Positions 17,728 to 26,203 of a stretch of 26,698 nt of DNA are shown here, in pieces. Source of the stretch: a virus (taxonomy: Duplodnaviria > Caudoviricetes); IMG/VR virus record IMGVR_UViG_3300048598_000485, positions 1-26,698 of that record; one strand, written 5' to 3'. A program made the translations under genes and the position numbers. A model generated the notes under the pieces. It worked only from the letters and a program-made list of their open reading frames with translations. It was not told the DNA's origin and searched no databases. Each line of letters starts with the position of its first letter. Within the stretch, counting starts at the first letter, position 1.

Positions 17728-18951
17728 TTATTTCGTTGCCTCCTCAACCCCGGCACCCGTCGGGGTTGTGTCGTTAAGCAGCACCGCCTTTTCCCCAGTA
17801 AATTCCTCATATCTTTTTACAATTACATCACAATAAATCGGGTCCAGTTCCATACCATAGCTTACCCGTCCTGTCTGCTCACAGGCAATCATCGTAGTAC
17901 CAGAACCCATAAACAAATCGAGGACCAAATCTCCCGCCTTCGAACTGTTGACCAATGCCCGCTGAACTATTTCAACCGGTTTCATAGTGGGATGCAGCCG
18001 GTTGGCCGCAGGTTTCTTTTCGTTCCAGACGGTTGTCTGCGTCAAATCGCCATACCATGCATCTGATTGGCCGGCAATGTGACAGTAAAATATGGGTTCG
18101 TGCTGAAACTTATAACGGCCAAAACCAAACGCACCACAGTTCTTTGCCCAGATAATGGGATTGCGTACTTTGAAGCCTGCCCGCCGAATGGCTAATTCCG
18201 TCTCAAGCTGCCATGACGATGCGTGACATACATACAGTGATGCTGCCGGCTTTATACTCTGGCGATACATCGCAAAGAATGCATCCATGAACTTTTCATA
18301 ATCCTCAGCGCTCATGGCATCGTTCTTGATTGTCATTTCATCTTCAGTACCTCCGATATACGACACATTATATGGGGGGTCAGTGAAAACCATATCGGCA
18401 AGCTGGCCATTCATGAGTCTGGCAACATCTTCTTTTTTGGTCGAGTCGCCACACATCAGCCGGTGGTCACCAAGAATCCAAATGTCGCCGGGCTTTGTTA
18501 TCGGTTCGGCCGGTGGCTCGGGTACATCATCCGGGTCGGTCAGGCCATCCTTTATGCCGGGGTCGAGCAGCTTGGCAAGTTCCGTACTATCAAAACCGAG
18601 CAATTCCAAATCGAAATTGGCATCCTGAAGCTGCGTTAGTTCCAACGGCAGAAGTTCATAATTCCAATCCGCTATCGTCGCCGTTTGGTTGTCGGCGATA
18701 CGATAGGCTTTGATTTGTGCTTGGGTTAAATCTTTGGCCACATGGACGGGAACTTTTTCAAGTCCGAGTTTCTGGGCCGCTTTGTAGCGGGTATGACCAA
18801 CGATAATTATGCCATCCTTATCAACCACAAGCGGCTGACGGAAGCCAAATTCCTTCAAACTTGCCATAACCGCCTCGACCGCCTTGTCATTTATGCGTGG
18901 GTTGTTTTCATATGGGCGAATTTCACTAATAACACGTAATTCAATTTTCAT
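17728..18951 (-). CDS. ParB/Srx-domain plus N6-adenine/N4-cytosine DNA methyltransferase (beta class)
   Basis: N-terminal PYENNPR..FGFRQPLVVD..GHTR..RIADN; catalytic DPPY precedes HPTMKP and the SAM motif LDLFMGSGTT. Confidence 0.93.
   Translation of the reverse strand: MKIELRVISEIRPYENNPRINDKAVEAVMASLKEFGFRQPLVVDKDGIIIVGHTRYKAAQKLGLEKVPVHVAKDLTQAQIKAYRIADNQTATIADWNYELLPLELTQLQDANFDLELLGFDSTELAKLLDPGIKDGLTDPDDVPEPPAEPITKPGDIWILGDHRLMCGDSTKKEDVARLMNGQLADMVFTDPPYNVSYIGGTEDEMTIKNDAMSAEDYEKFMDAFFAMYRQSIKPAASLYVCHASSWQLETELAIRRAGFKVRNPIIWAKNCGAFGFGRYKFQHEPIFYCHIAGQSDAWYGDLTQTTVWNEKKPAANRLHPTMKPVEIVQRALVNSSKAGDLVLDLFMGSGTTMIACEQTGRVSYGMELDPIYCDVIVKRYEEFTGEKAVLLNDTTPTGAGVEEATK
17745..17768 (+). terminator. 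GC-rich hairpin after the cassette, embedded in the methyltransferase 3' end
   Basis: CAACCCCG-gcacccgt-CGGGGTTG (8-bp stem), starting 26 nt after the gene D stop; only a weak U-tract. Confidence 0.45.
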
Positions 18952-19005
18952 AAAAAACTCCTAAAAAATTGTGTTCGTTTTTCCGACCGAATCTCTTTTA
19001 AAGCG

Positions 19006-19052
19006 TGCCCGTTCCCCCGGGCAATGAAAAACTTTTTCGGCTGGGAGGACCC
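19006..19052 (-). other. Putative cos site (cosQ-like GGGTCCT plus cosN-like dyad)
   Basis: Minus strand reads GGGTCCT (19052-19046), 22 nt, then TGCCCG-GGGGAA-CGGGCA (19023-19006), just upstream of the packaging operon. Confidence 0.6.
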
Positions 19053-19090
19053 AAAAAGAGATATGCAACATACATTAGTAGAATAATTTC

Positions 19091-19395
19091 TTTTGCTACT
19101 TTTGCGACGTGTTTTTGGGGGGTATATTGTAAAATCATCTCTAATACTTTTGCTACTTATAGTATTAATATATATAAGTCTCTTTTCTTATTTTTTTTCA
19201 TATGTAGACAATTAGTGTCATAAGTAGTCACTATGTATCACCATGTACTTATTAGAAAAATAAATACGGCTGCTTAACTTTAAGCCGCAAAAGTCGCAAA
19301 AGGGTTAACCTGATTTTATCAACGTACCTCAAAAAGCGTCCGGCTCTGTGTTTTATAAATATGGCACCCAAAATTCAGTAGCAAAAGTAGCAAAA
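19091..19395. repeat. Seven 9-bp iterons (GTMGCAAAA) in inverted arrangement around an AT-rich core; putative replication origin
   Basis: Reverse copies at 19091, 19100, 19148; forward copies at 19284 (one mismatch), 19293, 19378, 19387. Confidence 0.7.
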
Positions 19396-19543
19396 GTCCG
19401 GTTTGTGTTTATAATTTTTAAAATAAAAACTTAAATATTCCTTTTGCATTAGATTATTTCGAATATATTGTTTTAAATCAGCCTTTATGTTAATCTACCT
19501 GCTAAATTCAAGCTATTAAAATAGTGTTAGAAGGTATTTTTGA

Positions 19544-20674
19544 TTGGCAAAACACGAAAATAAACCTATACGTGCCGGCATTTCTTTATATCGCGCCGCG
19601 ATGGCAAACCCCACAGATTATCTTGGTTTTTTAAGATTAGTGCACTTGAGTAAAATGGCCAATGAAAATGATGGTTTCATTGAAAGTCTAAATGCCATAT
19701 GGGAACCTATTAAAAAGACCAATCAGTTGCTGGCAAAATCTTCTCCACCGATAAGGGGGCTAATCAAGAAGGTAATAACTGAATTCAACATTCAACTTAG
19801 CCTTATAAATGCTGATATCATTAGTCAAAACAAAAGTGAAAAAGCTGAATTTGATAATCTTATCGAGGAAGTTAAAAAGGCTACCATTAAAGCTGATGAT
19901 GAATGGTCCAAATTGTTTGACTGCCCAAGACCTAAAACATCGGAAGATTGGCAAAGGTTAGCTGTTCGAGCTGGAATATCTGCTGATTTTGCATTAAAAG
20001 GCAATTGGACACCAGACGATGTGCTGCCAATTATTGAAGGTTATTTGCAACGATTAAAAGACCAGCAGCCAAAATTAAACATAGAACAAGTAAAGACCAG
20101 ATCACAATCTAAATTAAAGGAAGCACCCAAGCGTTCCTGGAATTTGGCAGAGCTTGATAAAGCGATACAGGGGTATAAACGGGATCATGCCGCTGAAATC
20201 CAAAAAATACTTTCTGTTCTGGAGAGTTCCAAATCCACAGCAGTTGAAAAAACTGCTATGCGCAAATATGCACAATCTCTTTTTGGACGAAATGTCTTAA
20301 TGCGTAAATTTGGTGTCAGAGGGGGTAAACTCGTTGCACAAACCACAACCCATAAATCTCTTTCAGCATTATTAGGATTAAAATCAAAAGCTAACACCAT
20401 ATCACGTGATGTAATAAGGGAAGACATACTAAAATCCAATAAGATGGTATTGCGTTCGGCTTTTGATGAGCCCGCAGATAGAAATACTCCTGATAAGGAG
20501 ATAATAAACTCCGAAAGTGAGAAAACACTGAACATCATCCGAAAATATGCCAACTCAAATAAAAAAGATGCAAAAGAAGCAGCTAAATCCCTCTATGAAA
20601 AATATACCAGGAGTGAAATGTCTGACGAACAAGTTCGCGAAACAATCCAGCTTTTGGACAAGAAAAAGTATTAA
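19544..20674 (+). CDS. Hypothetical protein, possible DNA-binding regulator
   Basis: 376 aa, TTG start, helical and basic; possible HTH in FGRNVLMRKFGVRGGKLVAQ; precedes an inverted repeat and alpA. Confidence 0.6.
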   Translation: MAKHENKPIRAGISLYRAAMANPTDYLGFLRLVHLSKMANENDGFIESLNAIWEPIKKTNQLLAKSSPPIRGLIKKVITEFNIQLSLINADIISQNKSEKAEFDNLIEEVKKATIKADDEWSKLFDCPRPKTSEDWQRLAVRAGISADFALKGNWTPDDVLPIIEGYLQRLKDQQPKLNIEQVKTRSQSKLKEAPKRSWNLAELDKAIQGYKRDHAAEIQKILSVLESSKSTAVEKTAMRKYAQSLFGRNVLMRKFGVRGGKLVAQTTTHKSLSALLGLKSKANTISRDVIREDILKSNKMVLRSAFDEPADRNTPDKEIINSESEKTLNIIRKYANSNKKDAKEAAKSLYEKYTRSEMSDEQVRETIQLLDKKKY

Positions 20675-20729
20675 ACATATCCTCGATTCCTTCCAGTTTT
20701 CTTTGCAAATACCTTCATTAAACATCTCT

Positions 20730-20763
20730 TATCACCACCCTAATTTGGTGACATGTGGTGATA
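20730..20763. promoter_or_regulatory. Inverted repeat TATCACCAC-N16-GTGGTGATA, putative operator
   Basis: Perfect 9-bp arms; extra TGGTGA half-sites at 20746 and 20809; upstream of alpA. Confidence 0.55.
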
Positions 20764-20890
20764 TCTTCATTTTTGATTAAAAAACAAACTTTTTCAAAAT
20801 TTGCGGACTGGTGATGTCCCCCTCTGCCTTCCTTCGAATGGCAACGATTGGCGTTGCCTGGAAAGAATACTTTCTATAAGGAAGGCAGAT

Positions 20891-21148
20891 ATGAATATCT
20901 CCGAAAACATTGGGAAGCCAGTTGATGCTGGGCAGGCAACAGCGCCTGCGATAACCGCTGTGTTCATTTCCATTGATGATGTAGCGAACATGCTGGATTG
21001 TTCCACACGTCATGTTCGCCGTCTGGCTGATTGGGGCCGAATTCCCAAACCAGTCAAACTAGGTGCGATTCTTCGTTGGGTAAAAGCTGATCTGGAAAGA
21101 TGGGTCACAGACGGCTGCCCATCCAGCCGAAAGGCAGGTACAAAATGA
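20891..21148 (+). CDS. alpA: AlpA/excisionase-like HTH protein
   Basis: 85 aa from ATG 20891 (AAGGAAGG upstream); ISIDDVANMLDCSTRHVRRL..GRIPKPVKLG..RW motif. Confidence 0.85.
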   Translation: MNISENIGKPVDAGQATAPAITAVFISIDDVANMLDCSTRHVRRLADWGRIPKPVKLGAILRWVKADLERWVTDGCPSSRKAGTK

Positions 21149-21564
21149 ATCTTACCTACGAATATATGAAAAAATTCGGGTGGAGGATTACCGGATGGAA
21201 TATAGACAATCCGCCTGAAATTGAAATGGCTTTCAGGCAAGGATTTTTATGGGCGGCCAAGGAATCTATGAAGTTGCCAACCCATAAGATCAAATCTCGC
21301 TGTTTGGAACTTCAACTCAAACGAAGTAATCTCGGTTTTTACCGCAAATGGGATGATGTTAAACACGCAGGACTTCGAGGCAAAAGTCATGGCTTCTGGT
21401 ACGTATTTGAACATCTGGACGCCGGTGGAACTCGCGAAAGCTGCAATCCATGGCTTGAAGCAGTTGAGAAATGGGCTAATGAAAATCCCCCAAGGATGGA
21501 GTCTCGTTATGCCCTGCCGCCGGGATTGCGATTTGAAAATGCTTTATCACCAAGGAGGAAATAA
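21145..21564 (+). CDS. Hypothetical protein
   Basis: 139 aa from ATG 21145, coupled to the alpA stop (ATGA). Confidence 0.7.
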   Translation: MNLTYEYMKKFGWRITGWNIDNPPEIEMAFRQGFLWAAKESMKLPTHKIKSRCLELQLKRSNLGFYRKWDDVKHAGLRGKSHGFWYVFEHLDAGGTRESCNPWLEAVEKWANENPPRMESRYALPPGLRFENALSPRRK

Positions 21565-21566
21565 CA

Positions 21567-23843
21567 ATGAGTGAAAATGTTAAAAATATTCTCTGTCACT
21601 TTGAAAACGTCAAACAAACTGGGCCTGCACAATGGCAGGCCCGCTGCCCGGCTCATGATGACAGGCATCCTTCATTATCTATCGGCCAAACCAATGATGG
21701 AAATGTTCTGATTAAATGTCATGCAGGATGCAATACTAAAGACATTTTAAGATCAATAGGTCTTTCTGAAAAAGATCTGTTCGCAGAATCGGGGAATAAT
21801 AAAGACCCTGATGTTATCGCGACATACGATTATAAAAATGCAGAAGGCAAATTATTGTACCAGGTTGTACGTTTTAAGGATAAAAAGTTTAAACAACGCC
21901 AACCCAGTTCAAACGGCAGCTGGATAAATAACATCAAAGGTATTGCGAGAGTATTATACAGATTACCACAAATTATTTCCGCTGATCCCGACGCATGGAT
22001 ATTTATTGTTGAAGGTGAAAAGGATGTAGATAATCTTGCGAAAATAGGTTTGATTGCCACAACGAACTCCGGCGGCGCAGGTAAATGGAACTATCTAAAT
22101 GATTATTCAGCGTTATACAATCATAAAATAGTTGTCATCCCTGACAAAGATGAGCCGGGATACAGACATGGAGACGATGTCTGCAAACACCTTTCCGGCA
22201 AGGTTAAAGAATTACGGTATCTTGTACTTGGCGGCGAAGGCAAAGATACTACAGATTGGTTAAATGCAGGAGGCACTAAGGAAGAACTTTTGAACTTGGC
22301 TCAGACCGCTTTGATTTGGAAACCAGAAATAAAAATAGAACAACCATGGCCGGAGCCTCAAAAGCTGGATAATCCGCTGCCTGATGTTCAACCATTTGAT
22401 CCGGAGTTACTACCGTTTTCATTGCGAGCTCGAGTTGTTGATATTGCAGAAAGAATGCAATGTCCTCCGGATTTCCCGGCAGTAGCAACAATGATTGCTC
22501 TTGCTGGTGTACTTGGCAGAAAAATTGGAATTCGTCCAAAGCGATTTGATGATTGGACAGTCATACCCAATTTATGGGGTGCTCTTATTGGAAGGCCAAG
22601 TATTATGAAGACGCCACCGCTGAAAGCTGCATTGAAACCTCTCGATAAACTTATTGAAATAGCAACCAACGATTATTCAAGTCAGCTTTCAGAATTTATA
22701 AAGCAAAAAGGAATTTTATTGCTCCGTAAAAATGTCATTGAAGGCAAAATAAAATCAGCAATGCGTGCTGACAAAGAATATGAAGAATTAGCGTTTGAAC
22801 TTGCAACTATTGAATCGATAGCTCCACCAAAGCGTAAACGTTACGTTGTTAATGATTGCACAGTCCAGGCACTTGGTCAAATTTTATCAGATAATCCAAA
22901 TGGCATCATAGTAGTGCGTGATGAATTGATTGGATTACTTAAAGTTCTGGAATCACAAGGTCAGGAAGCAGCTCGCGCATTTTATTTGGAAGGCTGGGAT
23001 GGCAATGGCCGTCATGAAACAGACCGCATCGGAAGAGGCAACGTCCAAATCGAAGCTATATGTTTGTCTATCATAGGCACTATACAACCAGGACCATTGA
23101 AAGAATATCTTCGTCAGGCTGTTGAAGGTGGTATCGGCGATGATGGTTTAATGCAGAGATTCCAACTTGCTGTCTGGCCGGATGATCCGAAAGAATGGAT
23201 AAATGTAGATAGAGAGCCTGATATTAACGCAAGAGCAGATGCGATGGAAGCATTTACATACGCAGATAGTCTTACTCCTGAACAAATCGGCGCCCAAAGT
23301 GATTTATATGAACAAGGTGTTCCATTCCTGCATTTTACAGATATCGCGCAGCAGCGATTTGATCAGTGGATGTATGTACGCGAAAATATCCTGCGTCAGA
23401 ATCAGTACGATGCTGTCATGGAATCTCATCTTACCAAATATAGAAGTTTAATACCTTCCTTGGCACTGCTGATTCATATTGCGGAAATGAAAACAGGCCC
23501 CGTAGATATAGATGCATTGGAAAAGGCAATTAAATGGGGAGATTATTTAGCCAGTCATGCTCACAGGATTTATGCCTCTGCACAGGCTGGAAACGATACT
23601 CCTGAAAATCTTCTCGCCGGCAAAATAGAAAATGGCCATGTGGCGGACAGATTTACCATACGTGATATCTATGAACATCACTGGTCAGGATTAAATAAAA
23701 AGGCCATTGTACAGGAAGCGGTAAAAAAACTTATCGAACTCGGCTGGCTTCGTGAGGAAACATTATCCACAAAAGGCAGACCTTCGACGATTTACCACAT
23801 TAATCCACAAATAAAAGAAAATTGGTTTTCTGAAAAGAATTAA
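21567..23843 (+). CDS. Primase-helicase: Zn finger, TOPRIM and DUF3987 (YfjI-like) P-loop domain
   Basis: CPAHDD..SLS..CHAGC; VEGEKD and PDKD TOPRIM motifs; GRPSIMKT (Walker A), RDEL, IIGTIQP, DDGLMQRF; AGGAGG RBS. Confidence 0.88.
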   Translation: MSENVKNILCHFENVKQTGPAQWQARCPAHDDRHPSLSIGQTNDGNVLIKCHAGCNTKDILRSIGLSEKDLFAESGNNKDPDVIATYDYKNAEGKLLYQVVRFKDKKFKQRQPSSNGSWINNIKGIARVLYRLPQIISADPDAWIFIVEGEKDVDNLAKIGLIATTNSGGAGKWNYLNDYSALYNHKIVVIPDKDEPGYRHGDDVCKHLSGKVKELRYLVLGGEGKDTTDWLNAGGTKEELLNLAQTALIWKPEIKIEQPWPEPQKLDNPLPDVQPFDPELLPFSLRARVVDIAERMQCPPDFPAVATMIALAGVLGRKIGIRPKRFDDWTVIPNLWGALIGRPSIMKTPPLKAALKPLDKLIEIATNDYSSQLSEFIKQKGILLLRKNVIEGKIKSAMRADKEYEELAFELATIESIAPPKRKRYVVNDCTVQALGQILSDNPNGIIVVRDELIGLLKVLESQGQEAARAFYLEGWDGNGRHETDRIGRGNVQIEAICLSIIGTIQPGPLKEYLRQAVEGGIGDDGLMQRFQLAVWPDDPKEWINVDREPDINARADAMEAFTYADSLTPEQIGAQSDLYEQGVPFLHFTDIAQQRFDQWMYVRENILRQNQYDAVMESHLTKYRSLIPSLALLIHIAEMKTGPVDIDALEKAIKWGDYLASHAHRIYASAQAGNDTPENLLAGKIENGHVADRFTIRDIYEHHWSGLNKKAIVQEAVKKLIELGWLREETLSTKGRPSTIYHINPQIKENWFSEKN

Positions 23844-23898
23844 CTTGATGAGTTTGAAAAATTAGTGCTCACATGTCACAGCTTGAAAGGAAAAATTT

Positions 23899-25383
23899 AT
23901 GGGAACTGTATATCGTAAAAGTTATACGCAGCATTTGCCAAAAAATGCTGCGATTGTCGAAAGAAATGGCAAAAGAATGGCTATGTGGATAGATGGCAAG
24001 GGTAAGAAACATTTTGACCAGATTACAATAGGTAAAAATGGTCAGACTAAGATCATCCGATATAGTAAACAATTTACGGCACAATATAGAACTGCCGTCG
24101 GAGAAATGATCTATGAATCTACCGGCTGCCGGGATGAACAGGCGGCAAAGCATGTCTTGGCTGAACTGGTAAAAAGGGAAGAACTTGTTAAAGCGGGAGT
24201 AATTTCCAACCAGCAATGCCGAACTGCCGATCATGCAAAGTCATCACTTCATGAACATGTCAATGCGTACCTTGAGCACCTTCAGGCCAAAACCGTCCGG
24301 GGAAAACGGGTATCAATCGCACACAGAACGAATGTTCAAAGGCAACTGGAAACATTAATTATCGACTGTAAGTTCAAAAGACTTATAGATATTACCCGCG
24401 ATGCGATGGAAAAATGGATGAATAAATCGGAACAAGGCGGCATGGGAGCCCGCACCAGAAATACATATCGTTCGGCTATTCTCAGTTTTTGCGGTTGGTG
24501 CCTTGAAACCGATAGAATGACAGCCAATCCCTTATCCAGGCTTTGTGCGGCCGATGAACATGCAGATAAACGAAAACAACGCCGGGCGTTAACGGAAGAA
24601 GAACTGATTAAGCTATTTACCGCTTCCAAACTTCGCCCTCTTGCTGAGTATGGCCGCAAATCTCTGCCATTACCCGCCGAAGAAAGAAAAGGTCACAAGT
24701 CCTGGCACAAAGAGCCGCTGGTTTTTGAAAAACTCGAAGAACTGGCAAATTCAGCTAGAGAAATTCTTAAAGATAATCTAAATTTTATAGCTGATCTCGA
24801 ATGGTTGGGATATGAACGTTCATTAATATATAAGGTATTAGCATTGACAGGTCTTCGCAAAAGCGAACTAGCAAGTATTACAATAGGCCAGGTTTGGCTT
24901 GATACCAAACAGCCGTATTTGGACCTCAAGGCTAAAGATGAAAAAGCCGGTCGCGGTGCACAGATACCGCTTCGAAAAGATCTTGCCGATGAGATTCGAA
25001 CATTCATGCAGGAAAAACATCTGCGATTACAAAAGGAATCAGAAAATAAATTCAGTCCGGTTGTTCTCCCCGCCGCCCTGCCATTGTTCGATATGCCTGA
25101 TTCAATGGTAGGCGTATTTGATCGGGACCTTGCTGCTGCTGGAATTGAAAAAGAAGATGAACGCGGCCGGACGCTTGATGTTCATGCCTTGCGGCACACA
25201 TTTGGAACTCATCTTAGTAAAGCAGGCGTAGCACCTCGCGTTGCCCAAGCAGCGATGAGACATTCATCAATTCATTTAACAATGAATATTTATACTGATC
25301 CAACGCTTCTTGATGTTGCGGGAGCCATTAACGCCCTGCCGAAGTTTACAGCCGCTTCTCCCATCAATAGCAAAACTGCATAA
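23899..25383 (+). CDS. int: Tyrosine recombinase/integrase
   Basis: TGLRKSEL (R), K, HALRHTF (HxxR), MRHSSIHLTMNIY (H, Y). Confidence 0.95.
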   Translation: MGTVYRKSYTQHLPKNAAIVERNGKRMAMWIDGKGKKHFDQITIGKNGQTKIIRYSKQFTAQYRTAVGEMIYESTGCRDEQAAKHVLAELVKREELVKAGVISNQQCRTADHAKSSLHEHVNAYLEHLQAKTVRGKRVSIAHRTNVQRQLETLIIDCKFKRLIDITRDAMEKWMNKSEQGGMGARTRNTYRSAILSFCGWCLETDRMTANPLSRLCAADEHADKRKQRRALTEEELIKLFTASKLRPLAEYGRKSLPLPAEERKGHKSWHKEPLVFEKLEELANSAREILKDNLNFIADLEWLGYERSLIYKVLALTGLRKSELASITIGQVWLDTKQPYLDLKAKDEKAGRGAQIPLRKDLADEIRTFMQEKHLRLQKESENKFSPVVLPAALPLFDMPDSMVGVFDRDLAAAGIEKEDERGRTLDVHALRHTFGTHLSKAGVAPRVAQAAMRHSSIHLTMNIYTDPTLLDVAGAINALPKFTAASPINSKTA

Positions 25384-25501
25384 ATTATCAGATCTCATAT
25401 ATTTCTGGATAATACCAACTTGCAATCCGCGTTTTGTGCCATTTAGTGTTGTCATAATAATTTAATGTAATTACTTTAAAATAATGTACTTAACAACTTG
25501 C

Positions 25502-25560
25502 TATTACATGTTTTTGAGATATTACATGCATGTAATTAAATACAAGATTTTTTGAAAGGG
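25502..25560 (+). promoter_or_regulatory. Promoter/operator of cassette copy 2 with a perfect 16-bp palindrome
   Basis: ATTACATGCATGTAAT at 25521-25536; extra half-site ATTACATG at 25503; TTTTGAAAGGG RBS. Confidence 0.6.
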
Positions 25561-25567
25561 AAAACGA

Positions 25568-25723
25568 ATGAAGATCGAAATCACAAAAGGAAAATACAAA
25601 GGAATCAGAGGTAGAGTTGTCGGAGTTTATACAGACGGCCGCTATGATATAAACGTCATCAAACCAAAATCTAATCAACCCAAAATTATGGTCGTTAAAA
25701 TGAACATTTGCAAGGAGGTATAA
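25568..25723 (+). CDS. Cassette 2 gene A': 51-aa basic KOW-motif protein
   Basis: Not in ORF track. MKIEITKGKYKGIRGRVVGVYTDGRYDINVIKPKSNQPKIMVVKMNICKEV; GAAAGGG RBS. Confidence 0.75.
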   Translation: MKIEITKGKYKGIRGRVVGVYTDGRYDINVIKPKSNQPKIMVVKMNICKEV

Positions 25724-25726
25724 ACT

Positions 25727-25993
25727 ATGAAAGTTAAAACTCTCACACTCGAAGGCGAAACAGGATACACCGCAAAAATAACACGAAATAATCCTACTGA
25801 AGGATTGGAGTGTATCATGTGCGAGCTTACCGATAAAAACGGACAGCGTGTTTCGGTTCACCATGTATCCAAAAACGACAAAGAAGATCAGTGGAGTATT
25901 GCCGAATGCATCCAATACCATCTGGATGGATGCCCTGGGACACATTCGATGATATATGATTTTTTCAGATATATTCTTTTTTTTGCAGAGTAA
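25727..25993 (+). CDS. Cassette 2 gene B (paralogue of 16769..17020)
   Basis: 88 aa; shares MKVKT.TLEG.TGYTA, HHVS, AECIQ..LDGC.GT.SM; AAGGAGG RBS. Confidence 0.85.
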   Translation: MKVKTLTLEGETGYTAKITRNNPTEGLECIMCELTDKNGQRVSVHHVSKNDKEDQWSIAECIQYHLDGCPGTHSMIYDFFRYILFFAE

Positions 25994-26005
25994 AGAGATT
26001 TTAAA

Positions 26006-26176
26006 ATGAACGAAATAACAATGGAACAAATTATAACGGATGCATTGATCGAGCAAGATGAAATCATATCGACGCAGACATTTGAAGCTGCCGGAGTTCT
26101 TACAACAAACAAGGGTCTAGTAGTTAGAACAGAAGACGGCAGCGAATTTCAAATTACAATAATTCAAAGCAGATAA
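26006..26176 (+). CDS. Cassette 2 gene C: 56-aa acidic protein (paralogue of 17033..17203)
   Basis: Not in ORF track. MNEITMEQIITDALIEQDEIISTQTFEAAGVLTTNKGLVVRTEDGSEFQITIIQSR. Confidence 0.85.
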   Translation: MNEITMEQIITDALIEQDEIISTQTFEAAGVLTTNKGLVVRTEDGSEFQITIIQSR

Positions 26177-26203
26177 ATATTTTTTAGGGAAAGGATGTGC
26201 ACG

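Noticed and set aside
19091-19395. CRISPR array or DGR interpretation of the repeats and duplicated cassettes
   Set aside because: Units are 9 bp, inverted and irregularly spaced. No cas or reverse transcriptase gene is present, and cassette divergence is not adenine-specific.
20730-20738. Similarity of TATCACC to lambda CI operators
   Set aside because: Spacing differs and no CI-like protein is present; likely coincidental.
25384-25500. Possible att site after the integrase
   Set aside because: No tRNA fragment or partner direct repeat is visible in the window, so it is unknown whether cassette 2 lies inside the prophage.
25490-26056. 188-aa minus-strand ORF over cassette 2
   Set aside because: In-register antisense shadow with no coupling to a neighbouring gene; used only as a control for the copy 1 antisense ORF.
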